From: an uncultured Clostridium sp.
Lineage (GTDB): Bacteria; Bacillota; Clostridia; TANB77; CAG-508
Length of the DNA stretch: 64,000 nucleotides
Direction: 5' to 3'
NCBI GenBank assembly: GCA_945949485.1
Contig: CAMFER010000001.1
Coordinates: 2,099 to 66,098, forward strand
This document shows, one piece after another, positions 1 through 10,076 of the stretch (position 1 is its first letter; the number at the start of each line of letters is the position of its first letter). The notes beneath the pieces are model-generated. The model saw only the letters and a list, made by a program, of their open reading frames with translations. It did no database searches and was not told the origin of the DNA. Both the position numbers and the translations under genes were made by a program.

Positions 1-607
1 TTGCTCCTTGGCTTCCACCAAATACTAATAATATTGGTTTTATATCTTCAAGACCAAATTTAGATATGATATTTCTTTTTTCTTCTTTGCTATAATTCTT
101 CTTTTCTATTTTTACTGGTGTTCCTGTATATACTATATTTTTTGCTTTTTTTATTCTTGAAATTGCATCCTCAAATGATACAAGTATTGTATCTGTTTTA
201 TTTGCCAACATCTTTACTGCTTTTCCTGGAAATGCATTACTTTCATGTAATAGTGTTGGTATTTTTAAACTATGTGCAGCTGAAATTGTCGCTCCACATA
301 TATATCCACCAGTTCCTATCACTATATCTGGCTTAAATTCTTTTATTATCTTTTTTGCTTCCCCAAATCCTTTTAGTGTTTTGTACATTTTCTTCAAATT
401 CTCTATTGATATCTTTTTACTAAGTCCATACGCATCAATAGTTTTTAATTCATAACCTGCTCTTGGAACTAAATCATTTTCTAGACCTCTTGTTGTTCCA
501 ATAAATATAACTTTTGAATCTTTTTCTTCTTTCATTATTTTATTTGCTATTGCTAATCCAGGATTAATATGTCCTGCTGTTCCTGCCGCTGCTATTATCG
601 CTCTCAT
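1..607 (-). CDS. murG: MurG glycosyltransferase (lipid II synthesis), N-terminal ~202 codons; the rest lies beyond the window start
   Basis: Reverse translation from ATG at 605-607 gives MRAIIAAAGTAGHINPGLAIANKI...HESNAFPGKA...LLVFGGSQGA, open to position 1. It is absent from the ORF track only because there is no stop in the window. It sits at the end of the dcw cluster. Confidence 0.85.
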   Translation of the reverse strand, partial: MRAIIAAAGTAGHINPGLAIANKIMKEEKDSKVIFIGTTRGLENDLVPRAGYELKTIDAYGLSKKISIENLKKMYKTLKGFGEAKKIIKEFKPDIVIGTGGYICGATISAAHSLKIPTLLHESNAFPGKAVKMLANKTDTILVSFEDAISRIKKAKNIVYTGTPVKIEKKNYSKEEKRNIISKFGLEDIKPILLVFGGSQGA

Positions 608-666
608 TTTTTCACCTCTTCTATTTTTTTAGGACGAAGAGCAATTTACATTCTTCGTCCTATTTA

Positions 667-1805
667 TTATTGTTGTTTTGCACTTGCTCTTGAAATATTT
701 AATAATACTCCCATTGCACAAAGTAATATAAATAGTGCTGTTCCTCCATAACTAAAGAATGGAAGTGGCATTCCTGTTGCTGGCATTGATGATGTAACAA
801 CTGCAATATTAATGATCACCTGTATTCCTACTAATGCAGTAATTCCAACTGCAATTAAACTCCCAAACATATCTGGAGCTTTCATTGCAATTAGTATTCC
901 TCTCCAAATAAATATTGCAAATAAAATTAAAACTACTGCACATCCTATAAACCCTAACTCTTCTCCTAATATTGAGAATATAAAGTCATTATGTGGTTCT
1001 GGTATGTATAAGAATTTCTGTTTACTCTCACCGTAATCCTGCTCCAAATAATCCACCTGAACCTATTGCATATAAACTTTGTATTACTTGCCAACCATCA
1101 CCTGTTGCATCTTTCCAAGGGTCCAAAAATGTAACAACTCTTTGTAATCTATATGGCTCTTTTATAATTAATAGTATCATAGCTGGAATTCCTGCGATAC
1201 CTCCCGTTGCTAAAAAATGCCAGAACTTACAACCTGCAGTTATCATCATTATACTACAAATCCCTATAATAACTACTGATGCACTAAAGTGTGGTTGTAA
1301 TAATAGCAAACCAATTATTGGTGCAAGTAAGCATATATGTTTTATAAATCCTTTTCCATATAATTTTAATTGATCTCTATTTTTTGCAAGAATTCCTGCA
1401 TAAAATATAATCATTAATATTTTTACCATTTCTGATGGTTGAAAAGATAATGTATCTGTTACATATATCCATCTTTTCGCACCATTAATTGTTCTTCCTG
1501 CTACTAGTACTAATACAAGTAATATTAAAGATATCCACCATGCATGTTTATAAAATTTTTGATAAAATCTATAATCTATTTTTGATATAAAGAACATTGC
1601 AAATATTCCTAATACAGCAAAAATTAACTGTTTAGAAAAATATGAATAGCTATTTCCGACTTTCTGCAAGTGCTGAAGGAGAGCTTGCAGATAAAACCAT
1701 TATTAATCCTATTGATAGTAATAAAAATATAGTTATCAAAAGTGTAAAGTCAATAGGATTATTCAAAAAACTTGAAAAGCTTTTTTCTTTCTTCCTTTTA
1801 CTCAT
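667..1805 (-). CDS. ftsW: SEDS-family peptidoglycan polymerase FtsW/SpoVE, in three frame pieces
   Basis: The pieces 1805->1659, 1669->1028 and 1056->667 give one complete SEDS protein (...LSASSPSALAES|GNSYSYFSKQ... and ...GSGGLFGAGL|GESKQKFLYIPEPHNDFIFS...). They join only if the C of sense CGG at 1656-1658 and at 1031-1033 is skipped. Length is 3n+2. Confidence 0.85.
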
Positions 1806-1824
1806 ATTTTAACCCTTTCTTAAT

Positions 1825-2814
1825 TTATATTATCTTTAGTCCGATTATACATAAAACTAATGTGATTAAACTAAATATTATAACCACTTTATTTTCTTTC
1901 CATCCTGATAATTCAAAATGGTGATGTAGTGGAGCCATTTTAAATATTCTCTTACCTGTCTTTTTATAATATGCAACTTGAATTATTACAGATAAAGTTT
2001 CTAAAACAGGAACTAGAGCTATTACTAATAATATTATTGGCATCTTTAAATATAATGCCATTGCTGAAATAACTCCTCCTAACCATAATGAACCAGTATC
2101 CCCCATAAATACTTTAGCTGGGTGTAAGTTAAACATTAGAAATCCTAATGTTCCTCCAATTGCAACACTTCCAATTATAGCTAATTCTGATTGTCTTGTT
2201 AAAATTGCAATTATTGTTAAACATGTTATTATAATTGTTGAAACACTTGATGATAATCCATCTATTCCGTCTGTTAAATTTATAGCATTTGTCGTTGCAA
2301 GTATAACAACTATTGCAAATGGAATATATAAATAAATTGGAATTTCAATATATTGTTTTATTATTGGTATATATGTATCTGTTCCTAAATTCAATCCATA
2401 TACTAAATATAGTACATATGCTACAGAAATAATAAGAAGTCCTATCATTTTATAACTTGGTTTTAATCCTTTTGTATTTTTTAAAACCAACTTTTTAAAA
2501 TCATCAATAAATCCTATTATTCCAAATCCTATTATTAATAACATAACTGGTAATATTTTATTTGCTAAATCATTTTGATTATTAATTGTAAAAAACACAT
2601 AAAGTCCTGTAACTACTAATAGCATAGTTATTATCATTATAATTCCACCCATTGTAGGTGTCCCTTGTTTTTTTAGATGTGATTTTGGTCCATCATCTCT
2701 TTCTATTTGACCAACTTTTAGTTTTTTTAATATTGGTATAATTATTATTCCTAAAATTATAGCTATTACAAATGATATTAATAATACTGTCGTTTCTAGT
2801 CTCACTTTTATCAA
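1825..2814 (-). CDS. mraY: Phospho-N-acetylmuramoyl-pentapeptide transferase MraY
   Basis: 329-aa polytopic membrane ORF with MraY motifs (GTPTMGG, NAINLTDGIDGL, MGDTGSL, APLHHHFE) in dcw context. The start is a non-ATG codon (TTG at 2814, or GVG-type GTG three codons in). Confidence 0.92.
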   Translation of the reverse strand: MIKVRLETTVLLISFVIAIILGIIIIPILKKLKVGQIERDDGPKSHLKKQGTPTMGGIIMIITMLLVVTGLYVFFTINNQNDLANKILPVMLLIIGFGIIGFIDDFKKLVLKNTKGLKPSYKMIGLLIISVAYVLYLVYGLNLGTDTYIPIIKQYIEIPIYLYIPFAIVVILATTNAINLTDGIDGLSSSVSTIIITCLTIIAILTRQSELAIIGSVAIGGTLGFLMFNLHPAKVFMGDTGSLWLGGVISAMALYLKMPIILLVIALVPVLETLSVIIQVAYYKKTGKRIFKMAPLHHHFELSGWKENKVVIIFSLITLVLCIIGLKII

Positions 2815-2856
2815 CCTTTCTTTATCATTATATATGATTTTTTCTCATAGTATATT

Positions 2857-4347
2857 CTATTTGTTTTTCTTTTCTTTTTCTATTTCTTCTATTAAATCTC
2901 TTACAATAATTCTTTCATCAAATGGATGTTTAACTCCATTTATTTCTTGATAAGGTTCATGCCCTTTTCCTGCTAACACAATTATATCTTTTTTTGTAGC
3001 CATTTTTATTGCTTTTTTTATAGCTTCTACTCTATCAACTATAACTTCATATTTTCCTGTTGTCTTTTTTATACCTTCTTCAATCTGATCTACAATTTTT
3101 TGTGGTTCTTCTGTTCTTGGGTTATCAGAAGTAATAAAAGTATAATCTGCTATTCTTCCTGATATTTCTCCCATAATTGGTCTTTTTGAGGTATCTCTGT
3201 CACCACCACATCCAAATACTGAAATAACTTTTCCTCTTGTATAGCTTTTTACAGCTTGCAATATATTTTCTAGGCTTTCTGGTGAATGAGCATAATCTAT
3301 CATTATTGGTATCTCTAATTTATTATTTACAAGTTCTGATCTTCCTGGAACTCTTACACTTTCTAGTGCTTCTTTTATAACGTCTGATGAAACACCAAAT
3401 TTTTGTGCAACACATATTGCTGCTAAAGAATTATATACACTAAATCTACCTGGAATGCATGTTTTTACTCTCTCATTTCTATCTGTTAATTTTACTTTAA
3501 AATCAACATATGAGTTTGTAATTGTAATGTCTTTAGCTAAAACATTTGCATAATTATCGATACCATAAGTTGTAATATTGCTCTCTGGGAATAGTCTTAG
3601 TATTTTTGATCCATGTAAATCATCTGTATTTACTATTCCATTTTTACACATTTTAAATAATTTTAATTTTGAATTAAAATAATCCTCCATATCAGGATGC
3701 TCATTTGGACTAATATGATCTTCTGAAAAATTAGTAAATAATACTAAATCAAAATCACAGCCATCTACCCTATGTAATTTTAAACTTTGTGAAGAAACCT
3801 CCATAATTGCTACTTCTACTTTTTCTTCTACCATTTTACTAAATAATTGTTGAAGTTCTAAGCTTTCTGGTGTAGTCCTATCACTGTCCTTTATTTTTTT
3901 ACCATTTATATATATAGCTATTGTCCCTATTAATCCAACTTTTTTCCCTGCTTTTTCCAATATTTCTTTTATCATAAATGTAGTTGTTGTTTTTCCTTTT
4001 GTTCCAGTAACACCGATTAATTTTAATTTTTTCGTTGGATTTTTATAGAAATTACTAGACACTATAGCTAATCCCTGTCTTGTATCTTTTGCCATTACTA
4101 TAGTAACATTTTCCGGTATTTTTAATGATTTTAAATCACAGCCTTCTTCTATCATTATAGCTATTGCACCATTTTCTATTGCTGAAGAAATATATTTATG
4201 TCCATCTACACTAAATCCTTTTATTACCACAAATAAATATCCTTCTTTTATATTTTTAGAGTTACTCTCTACTCCTTTAATATCAATATCTAAATTTCCT
4301 TTTGCCTTTAGTCCTTCTAAGCCTAATAATAATTCTTTTAAATTCAT
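2857..4347 (-). CDS. murE: UDP-N-acetylmuramoyl-tripeptide synthetase MurE
   Basis: Mur ligase motifs (GVTGTKGKTTT, DYAHSP, FGCGGDRD, DNPR) in dcw context. ATG at 4345-4347 is preceded by AGGAAGGG; the ORF-track start at 4398 is probably too far upstream. Confidence 0.9.
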   Translation of the reverse strand: MNLKELLLGLEGLKAKGNLDIDIKGVESNSKNIKEGYLFVVIKGFSVDGHKYISSAIENGAIAIMIEEGCDLKSLKIPENVTIVMAKDTRQGLAIVSSNFYKNPTKKLKLIGVTGTKGKTTTTFMIKEILEKAGKKVGLIGTIAIYINGKKIKDSDRTTPESLELQQLFSKMVEEKVEVAIMEVSSQSLKLHRVDGCDFDLVLFTNFSEDHISPNEHPDMEDYFNSKLKLFKMCKNGIVNTDDLHGSKILRLFPESNITTYGIDNYANVLAKDITITNSYVDFKVKLTDRNERVKTCIPGRFSVYNSLAAICVAQKFGVSSDVIKEALESVRVPGRSELVNNKLEIPIMIDYAHSPESLENILQAVKSYTRGKVISVFGCGGDRDTSKRPIMGEISGRIADYTFITSDNPRTEEPQKIVDQIEEGIKKTTGKYEVIVDRVEAIKKAIKMATKKDIIVLAGKGHEPYQEINGVKHPFDERIIVRDLIEEIEKEKKNK

Positions 4348-4442
4348 TTTTATCAAACCCTTCCTAATAATATAAACTATAGCCAAATTATTGTCCATAA
4401 TCGCTTACATTATATAACTTTTTTCTTTTTTTGTATAGGGTT

Positions 4443-4733
4443 TCATTGATATTTTAGATAAATTTTACTTTCTTTTTTTACAATAATTCCAGCCTTAGGA
4501 GTTTGTTCTATAACCTTAATATTTTCTTCATCCAATTCTTCCTCTTCATCTTCAATTACTGATTCTAATCCACTTTCTTTTAATATTTCTTTAGCTTCTT
4601 TAATAGTTTTTCCTGTCACATCTGGTGTTTCTATTTGTTCTTCAGTAATTTTTTCATTTTCAGTTTTGTTTTCTTCTAAATATGGTAATATTTCACTAAA
4701 TATTTGACCTCCTACAGGTGCTGCCACACCTCC
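4443..4733 (-). pseudogene. spoVD: C-terminal fragment (end of transpeptidase domain plus PASTA domain) of the dcw class B PBP, separated from the rest of the gene by the inserted element
   Basis: Translation ...GGGVAAPVGGQIFSEILPYL...TPDVTGKTIKEAKEILKESGL... is colinear with the C-terminus of the paralogous PBP at 21984-22539. The frame stays open upstream, with no real start codon. Confidence 0.85.
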
Positions 4734-4758
4734 TCCTGGGTGTATTTTATCGCTACAA

Positions 4759-6472
4759 TTATGCCTCTTTTACTTTTTCAAAGATACTTGCTTTATTTTC
4801 ATCATCTATGTATTCTAAAATTTTATTTAATTCGTTCATAAATTTAAAATGAATAGTTATTTTTTTATCCTCATGTACCTCTATGTAATCAATTAACTCT
4901 GTTATAATATCTCTATCTAATTCAGTTATATTTTTATGTACTTTAAAGTTTTCTATCCATAGACTATTCCCATTTATAATTTCTTCTTGTTTTTCTTTTT
5001 GTTTATCTAGATTTGCCATCATTTCTTTTATTCTATCTATATCTTGTTCATATTTTTGTTTATAGTTTAAGTATTCTTCTTTAGTTATATATTCATTTTT
5101 CCAATCTTCATATAAACATCTTTTTAAATTACTTATTTTTTCTATCTCCTTTTCTTTTGTTCTTTTAATATTCTCCATATTCTCATTCGCCAATTTTTTA
5201 GTGTTTGATTTATTAATTTGTTCTAATAGTTTTTCAGTATCAACAAGTAATTCTATATGTAATTTAATAGCCTCCAACACTGCATTTTCTAGTTCTTCCA
5301 CTTTTATAGTATGCTTTGTGCATAACTTATTTGATTTTTTTCTGTATGTACCACATATGTAATATTCATAAACAGTACTACTTTTGTTTTTACAATATTT
5401 CTTATGCATCGCTCTTCCACAATCTGCACATTTTAGTATTCCTGCCCACATACTTAAGTTTCCACTATTTTGTACTCTAGTATCAACTCTTCTCATACCT
5501 TGTGCTTTTTCAAATAATTCTTTATCAATAATTGGATCATGCATATTTTCTACTGTAATCCATTCTTCTTCTGGCACTTGCTCTACTTTGTGAACTTTAT
5601 AGCTTTTTACTCTCCTTTTACCTTGTGTAACATTTCCTATGTAAATATCGTTTTTTAAGATGTTTCTAACAGTTGATGGGCACCATGAATAATCTTCTTG
5701 CATTATTTGAGAATTATTATAATTTTGATTTAACTTCTTTTTTTTATAACCTGTTGGATTTAAAACTCCAATATCATTTAGCCTATGGCAAATACTTAAA
5801 TTTCCTAATCCTTCGTTTACTTTCCATTCAAATATTTTTCTCACAATTTCGGCTGACTCTTTGTCTATAATCAACTTATGATTATCTTCTGGATTTTTTA
5901 TATACCCATAAGATGGAAATGCACCTACAAATTCTCCGCTTCTTTTTTCTTCCATTTAGTGCTGACCTTATTTTTATTGATGTATCTCTACAGTATTCAT
6001 CATTTATTAAGTTTTTAAATGGTACTAATATTGTATTCGTACTTGTAGGATTTTTAAAGCTATCTACACTATCATTGATAGCAATAAATCTTATATTAAA
6101 TAGTGGAAATATTTGCTCTATGTAATTTCCAACTTCTATATAGTTTCTTCCAAGTCTTGATAAGTCCTTAACTAGAACACAATTAATATTTCCTTTTCTC
6201 ATATCTTCTAGCAATCTTTGAAATCCAGGTCTATTAAAATCTGTTCCTGTATAACCATCATCAACATAAGTATCATAAACAATCAAATCATCATGTTCTT
6301 CAATAAATTCATTTAATAATGCCTTTTGACTTGTAATACTGTTGCTTTCTTGCTTGTCTTCTCCGTTGTCACTATCTTCTTGTGAAAGTCTTATATATAC
6401 TGCTACTGACCATATTTTTGTACCTTTTGTATTTGATTTTTCTGAAGAATATTTTGATTTTCTTCCAGCCAT
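4759..6472 (-). CDS. Large serine recombinase (SpoIVCA/TndX/CisA class), in two frame pieces
   Basis: N-terminal resolvase domain (AVYIRLSQED, ESNSITSQ, VKDLSRLGRN), recombinase domain, Zn-ribbon (CADCGRAMH...YYICGTY) and coiled coil. ORFs 5882..6472 and 4759..5955 join as ...LNGRKKK|GEFVGAFPSYGY... if the C of sense CGG at 5936-5938 is skipped. Confidence 0.9.
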
Positions 6473-6501
6473 TTACTTTATACCTCCCTTCTCTTATAGT
6501 A

Positions 6502-6535
6502 TAACGTGCTCAGTATAATATGTCAGCCCATTTTA
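6502..6535 (-). repeat. Copy 1 of a 33-nt promoter-like motif (sense AAAATGGGCTGACATATTATACTGAGCACGTTA), directly upstream of the recombinase start
   Basis: 27/33 identical to 12408-12440. It contains CTGACA-N17-TATACT. Confidence 0.5.
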
Positions 6536-6675
6536 CTTTTTTGCTTTAAAACATTTATCATACATTCATTAATTTTTATATCATTTTCAGAATATTTAAA
6601 TTCAATAGTCATATTTCCAACTTGCAATTGATATAAATCTTTATCATTAACTAGACATTCAAATCTTTGTTTCAT
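6523..6675 (-). CDS. Small 50-aa protein immediately upstream of the recombinase gene (possibly TnpW-like accessory protein)
   Basis: ATG at 6673-6675 is preceded by AAGAGGT. Translation is MKQRFECLVNDKDLYQLQVGNMTIEFKYSENDIKINECMINVLKQKSKMG. It is below the ORF-track size cut-off. The family assignment is from recollection only. Confidence 0.4.
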   Translation of the reverse strand: MKQRFECLVNDKDLYQLQVGNMTIEFKYSENDIKINECMINVLKQKSKMG

Positions 6676-6803
6676 ATTTCAATTACCTCTTTTATTTTTG
6701 ATATTTAAGTTTATTATGTGGAGAAAAATTTTATTACTTTTTTCTATCTACTAGGTAAATGCCACTTAAAACTCAAAAACCGGAAATTTTATAAAAAATT
6801 TCG

Positions 6804-6850
6804 CAAAAAAATAACTAGATAATTAGTTTTTTACTAATTTCTAGTTATTT
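6804..6850 (-). terminator. Rho-independent terminator after the 337-aa cargo gene
   Basis: Long near-perfect hairpin AAATAACTAGATAATTAGT/ACTAATTTCTAGTTATTT, with a T-run on the minus strand. Confidence 0.7.
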
Positions 6851-6869
6851 TTATATTTTATTATATTTG

Positions 6870-7883
6870 CTACATCATTCTATCAAGTGAATTATAAAAT
6901 TCATCAATAGCTTTAAGCTTAGGCCTTACTGTTAATTTTATCTGTGCTTTATCAGCTATCTCTTTTAAATACATTTTACTTTCTTCGTCTCTTACATATA
7001 TTCTCTTTGGTCTTCCAAATTTGTAAAAATAATTTATTAAAATTTCTGCTGATTCTATAATATATTCCATTTCACTTTTATAATCATTTTTATTTATTAA
7101 GTCATGCGATATAACAAATCCTGATTTCCTATCTGCTATAAATCGTGCTCTTGGGTAATAATATCTTCCATCTTGCTCTTTGTTATCCCTTATTCTTATT
7201 GGAACATAATTTAAAAATTCATATTCAAATTCCATTTCTGTTTGTGGTAATTTCATTATATCTTCTTCAAATTCATCATTTACGGCAATTATACTATAAT
7301 CTTTCTCTGGAATCATTAATTGATTCGGATAATTTAAATATAATTTTTTATCTTTATCATAATGTCTTGCAAGAACTTCTCCTGCTTCAAAGTTTACTTT
7401 CATACCTTGTTCTATAATAGCCCTAAACATCATATAGAAATTTTTTAATGCTTCTATCATAATTTTCACTTGTTTTATATTGATTGGACTAGGTTCATAA
7501 CCCTTTTCAAAGCATTCAAAAGATATCCATGTTCCTCTAAAACTTAAACCTAATTCTTTTATTATTTCTCTGTTTTGTGGTAATGTTTCTTGTCTACCTA
7601 TAAAATTACACATCAAACACTCTTGATAATTTATTAACATATTATTTGGATATTGATTTTTTGCTAAATCCAAAAAACCATTAATTTGATTGCCTTGATA
7701 TACTGCTATTGCCTTATGCATTCCAGCATGCCCCATTACACTACAATAAAAAACGTCTTTCATTTCTTCACTTAAATACATTAATAGATCCATATCCCAT
7801 AAATATTTCCATGGTTCTAATTTTTGAATCTTTTCAGCTACTTCATATAATTCCAACCAAACTTCTTTATCTTTTAATTTCAT
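6870..7883 (-). CDS. Hypothetical 337-aa cytoplasmic protein (element cargo)
   Basis: Long ORF 6 nt downstream of the UPF0158-like gene. I recognise no catalytic motif. Confidence 0.6.
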   Translation of the reverse strand: MKLKDKEVWLELYEVAEKIQKLEPWKYLWDMDLLMYLSEEMKDVFYCSVMGHAGMHKAIAVYQGNQINGFLDLAKNQYPNNMLINYQECLMCNFIGRQETLPQNREIIKELGLSFRGTWISFECFEKGYEPSPINIKQVKIMIEALKNFYMMFRAIIEQGMKVNFEAGEVLARHYDKDKKLYLNYPNQLMIPEKDYSIIAVNDEFEEDIMKLPQTEMEFEYEFLNYVPIRIRDNKEQDGRYYYPRARFIADRKSGFVISHDLINKNDYKSEMEYIIESAEILINYFYKFGRPKRIYVRDEESKMYLKEIADKAQIKLTVRPKLKAIDEFYNSLDRMM

Positions 7884-7889
7884 ATATTT

Positions 7890-8366
7890 TTACTCCTCAT
7901 ATTCCAGATTATTTTCTTCACACCACTTTATAGCAATTTCTTTTAGCTTTTCATCATAAAATTTATAATATTGTTCTTCCAATCCTATCTGTAGTAATTT
8001 ATCTTTAAATTTTCTATACATACCTTTTTGCCACATACAATTTTCTAATTGTTGTCTTTTATTTTCATTTTTTACAGTTTCTATAAAATCTTCCATAATA
8101 TCACTGTCTCTTATATCAAAGCTATTAGGCAATGAGATATAGTTATCTATATCTTCATGCATTAGATTATATACTTCTTTTAGATGTTCTTTTTGCCATT
8201 CTGGGTATTTTTCTATATCATTTTCAAAATCATCATCCTCAACTATTCTAAAATCATCGTCATTAACATTTAATATTTCTCCTGTTATTCTATTATAATA
8301 AACAGTTGTATCCATAAACCTCATTTGTAATTCATCTACAATTTTGTGTAATTCAACTTTTTTCAT
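7890..8366 (-). CDS. UPF0158-like small acidic protein (element cargo)
   Basis: 158 aa. The pattern ...YYNRITGEIL...ISLPNSFDI...MEDFIETV...GMYRKFKDKLLQIGLEEQYYKFYDEKLKEIAIKWCEENN matches my recollection of the UPF0158 family. Confidence 0.55.
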   Translation of the reverse strand: MKKVELHKIVDELQMRFMDTTVYYNRITGEILNVNDDDFRIVEDDDFENDIEKYPEWQKEHLKEVYNLMHEDIDNYISLPNSFDIRDSDIMEDFIETVKNENKRQQLENCMWQKGMYRKFKDKLLQIGLEEQYYKFYDEKLKEIAIKWCEENNLEYEE

Positions 8367-8466
8367 ATCTTACCTCTTTTATTATTTAAAATAAACATGC
8401 TTGTACAAATTGTCTCTTGTCTCTTTGCCTAATTAATATCTGTTGTTGTATTATTGCCTATTTAAT

Positions 8467-9300
8467 TTATTCAAAATATAATGCTATAGGTGTTACAATA
8501 AAAGATTGCTTATATTTCGTTAGAAAAATTTTATACATAGCATCTTTTACTTCTTGAATTGATTTTCCAAAATCTGCATTGTACAAATTAAAAAAGTTCT
8601 CATCTTTGCTACAATCTTTTGTCACTTTTCCTATTATTTTAATATTTCCTCCATATTTAAAATCTATAATATTAGGATCTTCTCTTAAATACAAATTATT
8701 AATAGGAATTATTAAATTATCAGTAATTATTAACTGTTTTGCTGGAAAGCATGATTCAAAAAATGTAGTAAAATTAGCTATTAACTCCATAGCTGTTTTT
8801 GCTTGTTTTGTAGTTTGAGTATTATTACTAGAAGTTACATTCATTATTTTTTCAAATGCATCTTTAAATGGTTTATTACTTATTGATTTTAAATAATCAT
8901 GATTTATAAAATTAAAAGGTATATCTAAAAACACATAACTTCCATATTTTATTTCGTTAACATTTTTTATAACTTCTTCTTGATTATTTATGTATTCTAT
9001 TAAATTATCTAGTAAATTATCGTGATATATCTTTTCAATAACCTCTTTTGATTCATTTTCACTAGTATATGAATTCATCTCTTTTTCTTTTATATCATAT
9101 TCTACATCAATGTCTCCAGAAATTATTCCTGGTATTCCTCCTTTAACAGTTGCTTTAATTTTTTCTTCTGGAGTTATTAGTTCTTCAGCTTGTTTCAAAT
9201 TTTTTAGTTTTTCTGTCCTCTCTTTGTCTAATATCCCTCCATAAATTTGTGATATATATGAGTTTAGTATTTCTTTATCAATATAGATATAATGTTTCAT
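8467..9300 (-). CDS. Hypothetical 277-aa protein (element cargo), immediately downstream of the restriction gene
   Basis: Long ORF, N-terminus MKHYIYIDKEILNSYISQIYGG. No TM segment or recognised motif. Confidence 0.6.
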   Translation of the reverse strand: MKHYIYIDKEILNSYISQIYGGILDKERTEKLKNLKQAEELITPEEKIKATVKGGIPGIISGDIDVEYDIKEKEMNSYTSENESKEVIEKIYHDNLLDNLIEYINNQEEVIKNVNEIKYGSYVFLDIPFNFINHDYLKSISNKPFKDAFEKIMNVTSSNNTQTTKQAKTAMELIANFTTFFESCFPAKQLIITDNLIIPINNLYLREDPNIIDFKYGGNIKIIGKVTKDCSKDENFFNLYNADFGKSIQEVKDAMYKIFLTKYKQSFIVTPIALYFE

Positions 9301-9320
9301 TTTTATTTATTCTCCTGTCA

Positions 9321-10076
9321 TTAGATTTTATTAAATCCAGCATACTCTTTAAAAGCTAACAAATATAATGCTTTTAATAAATCTGGATTTTTCTCTGTCA
9401 ACTCATTTACTACTGTATCTGAGCCCACTTGTAACTCTTTATTCTCATTAATTATCTCTTCTATCAACTCTGGAAGTATCATACACATTTTATAAAATGC
9501 TTCTTTATCTCCTGTAACTATTTCATAAAATTTATCCATAGAAACACGTCTTATTTTGTCATTTTCCATATTTTCTCCATCTAGTTTTACTTTCCAAACA
9601 ATATTTTGACTATGTTTTGCTATTGCTTCCACTAAAAAACATACTGCATTTTTATCATTAGCAATTTTATTAAGCATTCTTGTATATGTCTTTTGAGACG
9701 ATGTCGAATTCATTGTATTATGCTTATTCTTCATTTCTACATATATCTTTTCTTTTTTTGATTTTTCAAATATTACATCAAATCCTTTTTCTGGCACTGT
9801 GCATTTATCAATATATTTAAAAATATTTTGATGAAAATATCCTATTGCATTTACATTAGTTCTATCTCTTTGTCTAACTAATTCAGCTTCTATTACCTCT
9901 TCAAATGTTTTTCTATACACTTTACTATCAAACACCATTTTTATTGGATCAATTATATTAGAATTAAATTTTCTTAAATCAATTCCATTTAAAGTTTGGT
10001 CATATGTAGCAATTGTGTTCTTTATATGTTCTTTTAAATCTTCTCTACTTATAAATTTAATATCATACATCTTCAT
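9321..10076 (-). CDS. Probable type II restriction endonuclease
   Basis: Its start overlaps the methyltransferase stop (10063-10076). It has a PD-(D/E)XK-like core GFDV...YVEMKNKHNTMN. From memory it resembles the Eco47II/Sau96I family; I could not verify this. Confidence 0.55.
   Translation of the reverse strand: MKMYDIKFISREDLKEHIKNTIATYDQTLNGIDLRKFNSNIIDPIKMVFDSKVYRKTFEEVIEAELVRQRDRTNVNAIGYFHQNIFKYIDKCTVPEKGFDVIFEKSKKEKIYVEMKNKHNTMNSTSSQKTYTRMLNKIANDKNAVCFLVEAIAKHSQNIVWKVKLDGENMENDKIRRVSMDKFYEIVTGDKEAFYKMCMILPELIEEIINENKELQVGSDTVVNELTEKNPDLLKALYLLAFKEYAGFNKI

Noticed and set aside
4443-4727. Treating the 94-aa ORF as an independent small PASTA-domain protein.
   Set aside because: Its 'start' is an internal GTG. 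The frame is open upstream into the att core, and the sequence is colinear with the C-terminus of the paralogous PBP, so it is the displaced 3' part of the split gene.
5936-5950. Explaining the frame breaks as ordinary homopolymer sequencing errors. For example, the A-runs next to the breaks at 5936 and 13555 could each absorb a one-base miscount.
   Set aside because: The single rule 'extra C before GGN' explains all 14 breaks. Most sites (TTA-CGG-TGA, GTC-CGG-ATA, TAT-CGG-AAT, CTT-CGG-TGC and others) are not in homopolymers. All are oriented with the coding strand. I kept artefact as an explicit alternative in the main finding, but not of the homopolymer kind.
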